Below, in pieces: positions 1 to 8,712 of a stretch of DNA of 52,845 nt. The DNA lies in IMG/VR virus record IMGVR_UViG_3300025009_000138, positions 1 to 52,845 of that record; one strand, 5' to 3'. A program made the position numbers and the translations under genes. The notes below the pieces were generated by a model. It saw only the letters and a program-made list of their open reading frames with translations. It was not told the origin of the DNA and made no database searches. Each line of letters starts with the position of its first letter. The first letter of the stretch is position 1. This DNA is from a virus. Its lineage: Duplodnaviria > Caudoviricetes.

Positions 1-129
1 CCCCCATCCGCTTCGTTTATTGCAAGAGATTGTCCAGCAGCAGAAGGCTTCCACAATAACTTACGTATTTTGACTTGGCCTGTTGAGATAGCGGCGGCGG
101 TATCCAATGTCCATACATGCGAATCGTAT
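1..129. repeat. Terminal direct repeat (circular assembly overlap), copy 1
   Basis: 1-129 equals 52717-52845 except at position 3 (C vs A, synonymous Gly codon on the - strand). Confidence 0.95.
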
Positions 130-140
130 ACATTAGCCAT
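1..140 (-). CDS. 5' part of a 92-aa probable virion protein spanning the circular junction (continues to 52578)
   Basis: ATG at 140 gives MANVYDSHVWTLDTAAAISTGQVK..., in frame with the ORF ending at 52578. Confidence 0.8.
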   Translation of the reverse strand, partial: MANVYDSHVWTLDTAAAISTGQVKIRKLLWKPSAAGQSLAINEADG

Positions 141-375
141 TTACCTTCTCCTCTTTTACCGTGCTCTCTTCTTTACCTTTTTGAGCGTATTTCCACCCAA
201 GCGAGCCTAACAACATAACTATGTCAGTTGCACCAATTGCGGGGAGAGAACCAGAGCGAATAACAACACTAAACCATCCTATCATGTACACAAACACGAT
301 AAAAGTTACGACAACGCGCATTTGTGAACCATCGCCATTATTTTCAGTGAACACGCTCTTAACAAAAGCCCCCAT
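133..375 (-). CDS. Holin-like small membrane protein
   Basis: Two hydrophobic segments, charged C-tail, GGGGAG RBS before MGAFVK; lies next to lipoprotein genes. Confidence 0.55.
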   Translation of the reverse strand: MGAFVKSVFTENNGDGSQMRVVVTFIVFVYMIGWFSVVIRSGSLPAIGATDIVMLLGSLGWKYAQKGKEESTVKEEKVNG

Positions 376-422
376 TTTCTCCCCCTGCACTTATTGCAAC
401 CTAATTCGACTTGACGCCCTTA

Positions 423-659
423 CTATTTCACAAGCTCCTCTCCCTGCGTCGAACACCAAATGGCAACAATGGCCTGTGCCGCATCAAGCGTCCACCTGTA
501 CCGCTCGATCTGCTTTGCATTACCTGACACAACCGCCGCGTCATAAGCAACTTGAGCACTTGCAAGAGCCTTTTGCCCACTTGCACACTGAGTTGTCGAA
601 CACGCTGAAAGCCCTGCTACCAAAGCCAAGCACATTACCATACCTGCAATTCTTTTCAT
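423..659 (-). CDS. Lipoprotein (possible spanin-like or exclusion lipoprotein)
   Basis: MKR + hydrophobic stretch + lipobox LSAC. Confidence 0.65.
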   Translation of the reverse strand: MKRIAGMVMCLALVAGLSACSTTQCASGQKALASAQVAYDAAVVSGNAKQIERYRWTLDAAQAIVAIWCSTQGEELVK

Positions 660-805
660 TTAGATCCCCTTTCAATACAAATAAGTCTCTGAAAAGGCTC
701 CATAGGATTATGGGGCCACGAACACCCAAACAACAAAAACAATCCAATACCCGCCAAAACAAAGCAAGAGATAAAACGCTTCACAAGTCCTTTTCTCGTC
801 GCCAT
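656..805 (-). CDS. 49-aa lipoprotein (below ORF-track cutoff)
   Basis: MATRKGLVKRFISCFVLAGIGLFLLFGCSWPHNP...; lipobox LFGC, GAGGAG RBS, ATGA overlap with the next gene. Confidence 0.6.
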   Translation of the reverse strand: MATRKGLVKRFISCFVLAGIGLFLLFGCSWPHNPMEPFQRLICIERGSK

Positions 806-868
806 TCTCTCTCCTCTTAGAAAGAGTGAAGAGGATTATCCCTCTCCACCCTCACATCACGTTACGCT

Positions 869-1039
869 CTACACACCCGGAGGCTTCTTTGTCGGGCGAT
901 GAATCCCTCCACTATTCCCCGCGTTACCGAGTTTCTTGTTCGCGGTAGGACCAGGCAAGATCTTGCTCTTCACACCACTTTTCGCGCCTTCATTGTTCGA
1001 GCGCTCGCTATACGAAGCTTTTCCAACAGACTGAGACAT
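869..1039 (-). CDS. 56-aa basic Gly/Lys-rich hypothetical protein
   Basis: MSQSVGKASYSERSNNEGAKSGVKSK...; strong AGGAGGTG RBS. Confidence 0.6.
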   Translation of the reverse strand: MSQSVGKASYSERSNNEGAKSGVKSKILPGPTANKKLGNAGNSGGIHRPTKKPPGV

Positions 1040-1060
1040 GCTTATCACCTCCTTTCGTTT

Positions 1061-1246
1061 TCACTTTTTGAGTAATAAAACGACAAGATTCATGATTACC
1101 ACAATCAACGTCAACACTACCCCCGTCATGGTTTTAGTTGCCCTGTCCCTAAGTATGTTTATCACCTCCCATTGCTCCTTATCCGAGCGTTCCAATTGAT
1201 CCAAGGTTGCGCACACTTTTCCGTGTTCTGCACCGCAATTTGCCAC
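1061..1246 (-). CDS. Coiled-coil protein with C-terminal TM helix (XhlA/holin-like)
   Basis: GGAGGTG RBS; heptad-like segment followed by GVVLTLIVVIMNLVVLLLKK. Confidence 0.6.
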   Translation of the reverse strand: MANCGAEHGKVCATLDQLERSDKEQWEVINILRDRATKTMTGVVLTLIVVIMNLVVLLLKK

Positions 1247-1275
1247 TTATCACCTCCCTTCAATTACTTACTAAA

Positions 1276-1944
1276 TCAAACAGCTTCTTGTAACTCCAAA
1301 TCACGAATGCGTTTCTCAATGATATGAGGTGCAACACCAGTATTACGTAAATACGCCGCGAGTTGTAAGACTTCAGAAGATTTCTGTTGTTGCTTAGGGC
1401 GACGAGGGAGGAGAGCGATAGCTGAAGCGAGAGCGTCTATGATGTCCATTGTACGCGCAGTAGGAAAACCCTCAATCTCTTGTTTCAAATCGTCTAATCC
1501 ATCTCGCACCAACAAACGTCCGCTGTTTATGATAGGCTCAATACGAGTACGAATGCGAAATTCCTTATCCACTTTTGTTGATTGGTATACTGCTATGATT
1601 GCGGGATTGTTGAGTTGTTTACGCGCTTCCTCGCGCACACCTTCACCATATAACTCCTGTAAACCGTTTGCTTCTATGCCCATTATGCGCGGTTGCCAAG
1701 TTTCATAAGTGCGAATTATGCGATTGCAAAGAGATGTAGGAGAAATGCGCCCTGCCCATGCAGAGAGAACGAATACGCGCATGAGATAGTCTACACCGAT
1801 TATAACGATTGCTTGGCGTGCACCTTCAACGGAGCGACGATTCTTGAGTTTAGACGCGGCAAGATCTACAAAACCGTACTTATCAAGGTGGATAAGCTGA
1901 GTGTGCTTAGTATCAAGATCAATTTTAGGAGGATTCGTGCTCAT
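1276..1944 (-). CDS. terL: Terminase large subunit, RNase H-like nuclease domain as a separate ORF
   Basis: FVDLAAS, IVIIGVD, GIEANGLQ, FP...DIIDALA motifs; own GAGGAG RBS. Confidence 0.85.
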   Translation of the reverse strand: MSTNPPKIDLDTKHTQLIHLDKYGFVDLAASKLKNRRSVEGARQAIVIIGVDYLMRVFVLSAWAGRISPTSLCNRIIRTYETWQPRIMGIEANGLQELYGEGVREEARKQLNNPAIIAVYQSTKVDKEFRIRTRIEPIINSGRLLVRDGLDDLKQEIEGFPTARTMDIIDALASAIALLPRRPKQQQKSSEVLQLAAYLRNTGVAPHIIEKRIRDLELQEAV

Positions 1945-2195
1945 TTATTATCACTCCTCAAACCGTGCTCCAACCCCAATTTGTACCAGCGTACATCATG
2001 TTCCCGTAACTTACCTTTACACAACGAACACTCATATGTAGAATCAAACGGTCTATCAAAAGTGTCCACGAAATTGTGAGGACCAATACACCCGTTCAAT
2101 CTTTTGTTGTTCTCTACGACCTCTATATAGATATCATGTATAGCTTTTCTTGACACTCCAGAAGCTTTATGTAAAACATCAATGACATTCGCCAT
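1941..2195 (-). CDS. Small Cys/His protein between the terminase halves
   Basis: CxxxH and CxxC motifs; tightly coupled to both neighbours. Confidence 0.7.
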   Translation of the reverse strand: MANVIDVLHKASGVSRKAIHDIYIEVVENNKRLNGCIGPHNFVDTFDRPFDSTYECSLCKGKLREHDVRWYKLGLEHGLRSDNK

Positions 2196-2199
2196 TTAA

Positions 2200-3411
2200 C
2201 TAACTCCGAAAGCGAAAAAACTCCGAACGCCCTTTACTTAAATACGCATCTAACATGTGAGACGTTAATTTAGCTCCACGAGGCATACCAGAGCTGCCCA
2301 ATTCAGCATCTTCTACACTATTGAGAGACTCTTGTATCTTCATGTCCCTATCATCAAAAGCGAATATAATGTTCTGGTTATCGTCTATTTGGAACATGCG
2401 CACTTTAGACATGTCAAAGTCAACGAGAGCAGGATCGAATGCCTGATTCATGTAGATAAGGGGAAATAATGAACCAAATTGAGTGCGAAGTTCCTCTACC
2501 TTTTCAAGAGAATTATACTCAGGAAGAATAGGCACCATATTTCCGTCATTATCAGGCTCTACAATGCTGCGAATCATCCATTCAACAGTAGGATCGTTGT
2601 CTATGATGTATTGATACAAGTCATATACTGCCCAACGTGTGCCTATGATCCATTCGAGTGATTGTAAACCTGTACTTTCCTCGTATGACTCAAGCAATGC
2701 ACGAGAAGCGACGTGCCACTCAATAGCAGTTTCCATCACTGTTGGAGAACTACGGGCTTCGAGAGAGATTAGATCATCCTTGAGTATTACATTTGGACGA
2801 GCACCCGTGATTGCGCCTCCAACACCTATCGCCATCACTGTTGGTTCGGGATATTCCACCTTACGAGGGACTATCATCTCATTCTCGGACCACTTCTTGC
2901 TATCCCTGCGTGGATTATCCCAACAACGATGAGGCCAAAGAGTGCGAATGAGTTTGTTCGATTCAAATGCGGTTTCGATAACACGCACATGCTTTTGTGA
3001 ACGACCTACAGTCTCACACGCTAGGAGGATACGACATTCACTACCTTCCATGTTAGGAAAGTATATGTTCGTGTCCGGTGATTGTATTATGATGTGAACA
3101 GGAAGACAATGCGACACTACACTGGTCTTAAAATGCTCACGCGGAAGCAATAAGCCTTTACGATATGGAACGCGATTTTGTAAGAATTTACACACGGGAA
3201 GATGTAAACTTGGAGCTAACTTACGCCCCATGATCGACTTCCCGAAGAAGTACAAATCACGTTCCGCAGCTAAACGAAGAGTCTTAATAAAAGACCCATC
3301 GGGATATTCAGGAGCGCCCGCCTGGAAGGGGATGCCGGAGGGAGAGACACACACCTCCTCCCAGGTTTGTTGGGCGCTCATTTTATGTAAATCGGATAGT
3401 TTAATGCCCAT
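2200..3411 (-). CDS. terL: Terminase large subunit, ATPase domain as a separate ORF
   Basis: Walker A-like PREHFKTS, GGAITGAR, Walker B ILKDD, coupling motif IGTRW, YMNQ. Confidence 0.85.
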   Translation of the reverse strand: MGIKLSDLHKMSAQQTWEEVCVSPSGIPFQAGAPEYPDGSFIKTLRLAAERDLYFFGKSIMGRKLAPSLHLPVCKFLQNRVPYRKGLLLPREHFKTSVVSHCLPVHIIIQSPDTNIYFPNMEGSECRILLACETVGRSQKHVRVIETAFESNKLIRTLWPHRCWDNPRRDSKKWSENEMIVPRKVEYPEPTVMAIGVGGAITGARPNVILKDDLISLEARSSPTVMETAIEWHVASRALLESYEESTGLQSLEWIIGTRWAVYDLYQYIIDNDPTVEWMIRSIVEPDNDGNMVPILPEYNSLEKVEELRTQFGSLFPLIYMNQAFDPALVDFDMSKVRMFQIDDNQNIIFAFDDRDMKIQESLNSVEDAELGSSGMPRGAKLTSHMLDAYLSKGRSEFFRFRS

Positions 3412-3413
3412 CG

Positions 3414-4061
3414 TTAGTATTCACCCTCTCCTGTACGTTGGGCAAGTAGTTCTTCAAGGGATAACGCTTCATGTTGGGGCGGAAACGATACCAAACACGC
3501 TCCATCCCCTCCAAGAGCATCACTAACGTCACTAACCAAACTAGAACTATTATCATCACTTTGAGCATCACTAAACTCCACATCTAATACGTCCACACCA
3601 GCAGCACGAAATAACTCCGAGTGCCCTGCTTCCATCGCCGCTTTCAAGATATTCTCCATCAAAGGTGCTTCAATGGTAACGGAAGAGTGTATGTCAACTT
3701 GCGATTCGCGTGTGTGCTTAGGTGCATCCGGTGCGCGATCTAAGATATCTACCGCTGCTTGTCTTCTCACCGCTGGAGATATTTCAACATTTGAGTGTAT
3801 GCTCTGTAACGTGTTAAATGCTTCAATAGCTTCTTCGTTAAAGAGCTGCACTAATCTACTCACGGTGTTTGATGTTTTGTCGATGATTTGTTCAGAGAGT
3901 TGTTTGCGAAGGGAGTCTTGCAATAAGCGAAACTCAGGTTGAGTATTCCACTTATAGATAGTGGCAGGTGCGATATTAAGTGCGGCAGCCGTATTTGTGC
4001 AGTTATGTCCCTGTATAAGCATGTGTGCCGCGAGTCTTTGAATGTCTTTTATCTCTGACAC
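3414..4061 (-). CDS. terS: Probable terminase small subunit (N-terminal HTH)
   Basis: HTH TAAALNIAPATIYKW...F, RRQAAVDILDR motif, directly upstream of terL. Confidence 0.7.
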   Translation of the reverse strand: MSEIKDIQRLAAHMLIQGHNCTNTAAALNIAPATIYKWNTQPEFRLLQDSLRKQLSEQIIDKTSNTVSRLVQLFNEEAIEAFNTLQSIHSNVEISPAVRRQAAVDILDRAPDAPKHTRESQVDIHSSVTIEAPLMENILKAAMEAGHSELFRAAGVDVLDVEFSDAQSDDNSSSLVSDVSDALGGDGACLVSFPPQHEALSLEELLAQRTGEGEY

Positions 4062-4189
4062 AATAAATATCCAATATTTTCACGTTGTTAAGCCTCTTTT
4101 ACCCTAAAATTCAACAATTTCACACGATAAGGGAAACACAAAACATGATGTAAATCAAGAAAAAAGTGTGATAAAGTAAAAGATTTTGC

Positions 4190-4816
4190 TTATGTGGAGG
4201 GATTGAGGGGAGGAAGATCTGAAACACGAGATGCGGCTTGGCAATAGATATTCTTGAGAAGCTTGAGCTGCCTGATCGAAAGGTGCCCACGTTCCTTAAA
4301 CCCATACTCTCCAATCTCAAGCGACTCCACAAGCTCAGATTCTTTCGTTGTAAGCTCGCCATAAGGCATGTGCTCAAAGATCCACGCAACGAACAATCGA
4401 GGCTTTAAGGAGGCTTCTAGCTTCTGTAGATCCTGTAAGATGTTTTTGCGTACAAACGACACGGAGCGCATGAGGCACTTGTTCTGAAATAGGCAGTACA
4501 TGTACCAGTGTCCCATGTAACCAATATCGAACTCACAACATTGAGCTCCCTGGCAACGAGAAGGAACCCTAGCGTCCGGGTGGAGAGGAGGACGGGGAGG
4601 AGATGTATGGTCCGCATGGAAGGACAGATCCACCCCGGAGAAGCGCAAGTCCTTTAGATCGTTCCCCTCATCGTCATAGGTTGCGGGGTAATCCATGGGG
4701 ACTCGCGGGACTCCAGGCGTATGAGGAGTCTCAGGAGGTATGACGCGGGGCTTGCGCTCCTCTGGAGGGATACATTCAGTACCAGGGAAATCCTCCCAAT
4801 CAAAGCTACGCGCCAT
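4190..4816 (-). CDS. Hypothetical protein
   Basis: AGGAGG RBS; no motif recognised. Confidence 0.6.
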   Translation of the reverse strand: MARSFDWEDFPGTECIPPEERKPRVIPPETPHTPGVPRVPMDYPATYDDEGNDLKDLRFSGVDLSFHADHTSPPRPPLHPDARVPSRCQGAQCCEFDIGYMGHWYMYCLFQNKCLMRSVSFVRKNILQDLQKLEASLKPRLFVAWIFEHMPYGELTTKESELVESLEIGEYGFKERGHLSIRQLKLLKNIYCQAASRVSDLPPLNPST

Positions 4817-4850
4817 TCTACGTCCTCCTGAAAAATAGTGAAAAAAGTTC

Positions 4851-4880
4851 TTGCGTTTGAGATGTGGAGTGTGCTAAAGT
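4851..4880 (+). promoter_or_regulatory. Sigma70-like promoter, antisense to neighbouring genes
   Basis: TTGCGT-18-TAAAGT with TG extension; upstream GTGAAAAAAGT also precedes the 13606 promoter. Confidence 0.4.
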
Positions 4881-4918
4881 GTGCTCCGTCCGGCGGTAAA
4901 TTAGAATGCTCCCGCGAC

Positions 4919-5203
4919 TCACTCTCCTTTTTGCGCTATCATTGCGTTTTGATGGAGTTTTTCGCTCTTGTCTCGCGCTGGGAGCACAAAAATATAGGGC
5001 GATCTACCGGCGATATCGCATTCGATGCAGTACCAGTATTCAATTGGTTCGTTTGGAGCCTCATACCAGCCCCACCTAAGTAGCTTAGAGTAACATCGAG
5101 TGCAATGTGGTATGACAATTCCATTTGCAAGAATGCTCCAACGACGCGCTTTTCCTGCATCGACACTTAATAACCACCCCCTATGACCGTAAGGCAACCC
5201 CAT
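4919..5203 (-). CDS. Hypothetical protein with two CxxC motifs
   Basis: Likely start MGLPYG just after the recombinase stop, AAGGAG RBS. Confidence 0.5.
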   Translation of the reverse strand: MGLPYGHRGWLLSVDAGKARRWSILANGIVIPHCTRCYSKLLRWGWYEAPNEPIEYWYCIECDIAGRSPYIFVLPARDKSEKLHQNAMIAQKGE

Positions 5204-5204
5204 C

Positions 5205-5891
5205 TCACTTCTCCTTTTTCTTTCCGTACGTTCTCGTAATGTTCTGCACCACATCCGCCGTAAACGCTTTTCCACTTATTGTCTCGTATCCCTCCTTGTT
5301 AAGTTGGTCCGCTATTTGTTGGTATGTGCTCCCTTGTGTACGCAATTCCGCTATAAGTGCTACTACAGCAGGGTTAAGCTCTTTGTACCCCTTACGCCCT
5401 TCACATTTACCTGATTCGTTCGACTTCGCCTTTCGCTGCCGAGCGACTTTGAGCTTTTCCACGAGCATTGATTTGTCGAACTCAGCGACCGCTCCTAACA
5501 CCTGCCTGATGAACTTACGTGTAGGGTCGGTGGAGAGGAGGTCCGGGCCTTCAAGCGCCGATATGAGCCCTATGCCATGCTTCTGGAGATCTTTTATGAT
5601 CCCCTCTTGCACCATTAGATCTCGGGAGAGGCGGTCTAAGCGCTCGATGATGATGGTCTTGATTCCGTGACCGTTCTGCTCCAGGTCGTATAGAAGCTCC
5701 GCTAGAACTTGGCGCTCTTCTAAAGTACCCGAAACTCCCTCTTCTCTGTATTCGCGCTCGATGGAGATGTTATTGTGGGAGGCATATTCCTGGATGGCGG
5801 CGAGCTGGCGAGGAAAACCATCTCCAGATATTTGCCCGGCTCCACTTACCCTCATGTACGCGAATGCTTTCTTGATTCCCTTGTCTTCCAT
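5205..5891 (-). CDS. Serine recombinase (resolvase/invertase family) with short C-terminal DNA-binding domain
   Basis: Catalytic motif YMRVS, GVSGT, RLDRLSR; C-terminal YQQIADQLN..G; likely start MEDKGIKK downstream of a promoter. Confidence 0.9.
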   Translation of the reverse strand: MEDKGIKKAFAYMRVSGAGQISGDGFPRQLAAIQEYASHNNISIEREYREEGVSGTLEERQVLAELLYDLEQNGHGIKTIIIERLDRLSRDLMVQEGIIKDLQKHGIGLISALEGPDLLSTDPTRKFIRQVLGAVAEFDKSMLVEKLKVARQRKAKSNESGKCEGRKGYKELNPAVVALIAELRTQGSTYQQIADQLNKEGYETISGKAFTADVVQNITRTYGKKKEK

Positions 5892-5946
5892 CCTGGCTTC
5901 CACCCTAGCTCTCCTCTCTTTCTGCGCGTTCTTTTCTGTTACCTTC

Positions 5947-5995
5947 ATCATAACGTACTTTTTATGCTTGTCAACGGAAAAATACGTGTTAGAAT
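5947..5995. promoter_or_regulatory. Overlapping divergent sigma70 promoters
   Basis: - strand TTGACA(5974-5969)-16-TATGAT; + strand TTGTCA(5968-5973)-16-TAGAAT; the -35 boxes overlap. Confidence 0.6.
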
Positions 5996-6096
5996 GTGGA
6001 AAATGTAGAAAGTGGAGGAGGCGAGGAAAATGAGAAAGAGCGCGAAGAGAGTAGTAAAAATCACAATCTACACACTTTAACGAGGGAGGAAAGACT

Positions 6097-6474
6097 GTGC
6101 AAGATTTCACAAAGCAAAAAGAAGGGCCGGGAAGATTTTTGAGCGTGTCAGAGACGGAGACAGAAATTAACGCTCCGAACTCTGAAATCTTGGCGCTCAC
6201 AAGGAAAATCGTGGAGCAAAATGGCAAAGTGCTGGAGATGAATGAGAGATTGTTGGCCTTGCTCACATCTCCCTCATTTCTTGAGGATGACGAAGCGCTG
6301 GAATATTCCGGTAACACAGAAGACAGAATACGCGAAACATTAGAATGGTTACGCAACATCGGAAAAGAGGAAGTTGCAGAGATTCGATCACGAGAGGCGG
6401 CAGAGCAAATCATGAAAGAGATAGACAGACAAGCAACACCAACTTGGAATACAGAAATAAAGGAGGAACACTAA
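6097..6474 (+). CDS. Acidic helical hypothetical protein
   Basis: GTG start with GAGGGAGG RBS. Confidence 0.6.
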   Translation: MQDFTKQKEGPGRFLSVSETETEINAPNSEILALTRKIVEQNGKVLEMNERLLALLTSPSFLEDDEALEYSGNTEDRIRETLEWLRNIGKEEVAEIRSREAAEQIMKEIDRQATPTWNTEIKEEH

Positions 6475-6475
6475 A

Positions 6476-6538
6476 ATGGACGTTTGGACAATTCTCATGA
6501 TCGTGATTTTTGTGCTGTGCGTTCTCGGGGATAGCTAA
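6476..6538 (+). CDS. 20-aa hydrophobic micropeptide
   Basis: MDVWTILMIVIFVLCVLGDS; AAGGAGG RBS; 1 nt after the previous stop. Confidence 0.55.
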   Translation: MDVWTILMIVIFVLCVLGDS

Positions 6539-6594
6539 GTAGAGCTAGAACAGCACCACACACCAAAAACACGCAACATTTCTACACTTCCCAT

Positions 6595-6633
6595 GGAGCG
6601 GCTATTTCCCAGCGCTCCTTTTCTTTTTCTTTT
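6595..6633 (+). terminator. Intrinsic terminator
   Basis: GGAGCG...CGCTCC stem followed by a long T-rich tract. Confidence 0.6.
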
Positions 6634-6752
6634 CCGCAAATTCCATCAAATCTACTCCATTCGATCCAATCCTGCGCATTTATCCCTGATAATTCCTCCA
6701 AAACTCCCATATTCACTCCACACCTGCGCAAAAGTGCACTTTCTGAAAGTTC

Positions 6753-6876
6753 TAAGTTGCTGATTTTACTACATCAACTCTACACATACACCCCAATCAC
6801 ACTTGTAACATGTTGAATTCGTTACACGCATTCACTCTACACCACATCACACGTATAGGTTATTGAATTTGCTACA
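6753..6876. repeat. Three degenerate ~50-bp tandem units with IHF-site-like cores
   Basis: TAAGTTGCTGATTT (6753), TAACATGTTGAATT (6806), TAGGTTATTGAATT (6856), each followed shortly by TACA. Confidence 0.55.
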
Positions 6877-7160
6877 ATACAAGATGCTCAAAAATTTACT
6901 ACGCGCAAATTAGGGGACCTTCCGGTCATGTGTGAAAGCGCTTGGGGGGCTACCCCGGCCTTAATCTCACGTCTCCAGGACATTCGAGCGCTCACCTACC
7001 CTAGCCATCCCGATTCCCGCGCTGAGTATGTAATACAACACGCTACAGGCACCCCTCAAACACCCGCACGTGGATTTCTACAGAAAAGAACGTGCTCCAC
7101 TGCCAGGACCGAAAAAACGTTGCACGGGTAAGTTGTCGAATTCCTTATGCTTTCTCCAAC

Positions 7161-7541
7161 AAAACCGCACGTACTGTATCCTGTCGTATACTTTCCGACG
7201 GGCTTTCGTTTAACGCGATTTCAAAATCCGAAAGCCCTACAGTGTATATAGGCCGCGCCTGGAAAAATGTTAGGCAAGGCTCCGCCAGTTTCAAAAAAAC
7301 ATACCCCCGCCCGCCCACGCCATAGACACCAATCTAAGAGTTACATGAGAATGATAATGATTATTATTATGTGTGGATGTATATATATTATATATATTCT
7401 TTTCTTGTGCTCTGGCGTGGTCGCGGAAGGGTCCATGTTTTGCCCCTTACTCTATACATGAAAACAGAGTACCATTCAGATAGTTACGTGCTTTGTACCT
7501 TATACGGGAGGTGTACGAGAGCGTTTTGTGCGTGCGGTTTT
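7161..7541. other. Putative replication origin or packaging region
   Basis: Nested inverted repeats 7161-7171/7531-7541 and 7315-7322/7413-7420 around an AT-only palindrome at 7381-7397; C-rich to G-rich switch. Confidence 0.5.
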
Positions 7542-7666
7542 TGAGGAATTAGCATAGTAGATTCGGGTAGTTAGAGAATAAGCGTTTACAACACGTGGGG
7601 AAGTGTTATTTTAGGGAATACATTTTAGTGAGCGAGAAAACAGCGAACAGAAAAGGAGCACAAGAA

Positions 7667-8008
7667 ATGAGTCTGAACAGCAAGAACAGAATCAAGCAAG
7701 AGCTGTGTATTGCGACGGCAAGGAAAAGCGGGCATGTGCCGTGTTATGGAGCTGGGAGTATTTTGTGTCCCTCGTGTGAGCTTTACAAAGCACCTCCAAT
7801 CAAAACGAGAGCAGTGTACGGACTGGGGAAAAAGCTTAAAGCGCTTGGAGAGTCTCAGCTCGATCATGCCCTAAGAATCGTGTTGTTTGATTTGTATAAG
7901 CTGCGGGGAAAGTATGACCAGGATAGCAGATCAAAGCACGCGTGGCTTATTGAGCGAAAACATGAGCTAGAAGCCAAAATCGCCGCAAGAAATGCGAGAG
8001 GTAGGTAA
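7667..8008 (+). CDS. Basic hypothetical early protein with Cys cluster
   Basis: AAAGGAG RBS before MSLNSK. Confidence 0.6.
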   Translation: MSLNSKNRIKQELCIATARKSGHVPCYGAGSILCPSCELYKAPPIKTRAVYGLGKKLKALGESQLDHALRIVLFDLYKLRGKYDQDSRSKHAWLIERKHELEAKIAARNARGR

Positions 8009-8069
8009 AATAAAATAGACGATTTTAGTAAGTAGGGGAATTTGCTAGGAAAGTGTGTATAGAAAATGC

Positions 8070-8097
8070 TTGACATTAGGGGTGGAATGTTTAAAAT
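8070..8097 (+). promoter_or_regulatory. Sigma70 early promoter
   Basis: TTGACA-16-TAAAAT. Confidence 0.65.
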
Positions 8098-8144
8098 TAG
8101 TATACCATCAAGTATTTAATAATTGTTCTCGAATGGAGAGCGAA

Positions 8145-8333
8145 ATGAGAGAAGAAGGTTTACATACGTGGAAAGGGAAAGCGAAAGACTCTAAGGGATG
8201 TGAGTTTCCTTATGAGTGTTTCCAGATAACGGATTATATACACGGTCAAACTAAGCTGTATGTGTGTCCGTGGTGGCCGGAAGATAAGTTTAACACGCTG
8301 GGAGAATTGAAAGCGTTTGTGAGTGAGAAATAG
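8145..8333 (+). CDS. Hypothetical early protein
   Basis: GGAG RBS, MREEGLHTW start. Confidence 0.55.
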   Translation: MREEGLHTWKGKAKDSKGCEFPYECFQITDYIHGQTKLYVCPWWPEDKFNTLGELKAFVSEK

Positions 8334-8370
8334 AGCAAACGCGATAAACAACGAAAAGGGGGGTCAAAAA

Positions 8371-8682
8371 ATGACAAAGGAACAAGTAGAACAAACATAC
8401 GCAAGCTTAGTGAGTTTCGCTCGCTCCGGATTTTACGGAAAGATGAGCGCTAAGGAACAACGCGCTCGATTCGGTTTTGTCCTTTTTGGCAAGAAAACTA
8501 TTCAGCCCAAAACAGAATCGGACGGTAGCGTATGGTTTGACTTATACACAACTACATTAAGCGGTGATTATGATGTTATAGGTTACAACGTGCGACAATG
8601 TGTCAAGGCTATAGAAGACAAGATCAAGCTGGGACGCGGTTGTGGAATATCAAGAGACGTAATGCTGAATTGTGAAAAGTAA
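8371..8682 (+). CDS. Hypothetical early protein
   Basis: G-rich RBS, MTKEQVEQ start. Confidence 0.6.
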   Translation: MTKEQVEQTYASLVSFARSGFYGKMSAKEQRARFGFVLFGKKTIQPKTESDGSVWFDLYTTTLSGDYDVIGYNVRQCVKAIEDKIKLGRGCGISRDVMLNCEK

Positions 8683-8712
8683 CAATCACGATAAACATCG
8701 AAAGGGGAGAAC

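Noticed and set aside
1-129. Terminal repeat as a biological DTR
   Set aside because: It lies inside a coding gene and has the size of an assembler overlap, so it indicates circularity rather than physical ends.
5892-6413. 174-aa N-terminal extension of the recombinase in the ORF track
   Set aside because: It overlaps the promoter pair and the opposite-strand gene, and the catalytic motif normally sits near the N-terminus.
6753-6876. Mini CRISPR array
   Set aside because: The repeats are degenerate and the intervening sequences resemble each other; the Cas4-like gene sits in a recombination module.
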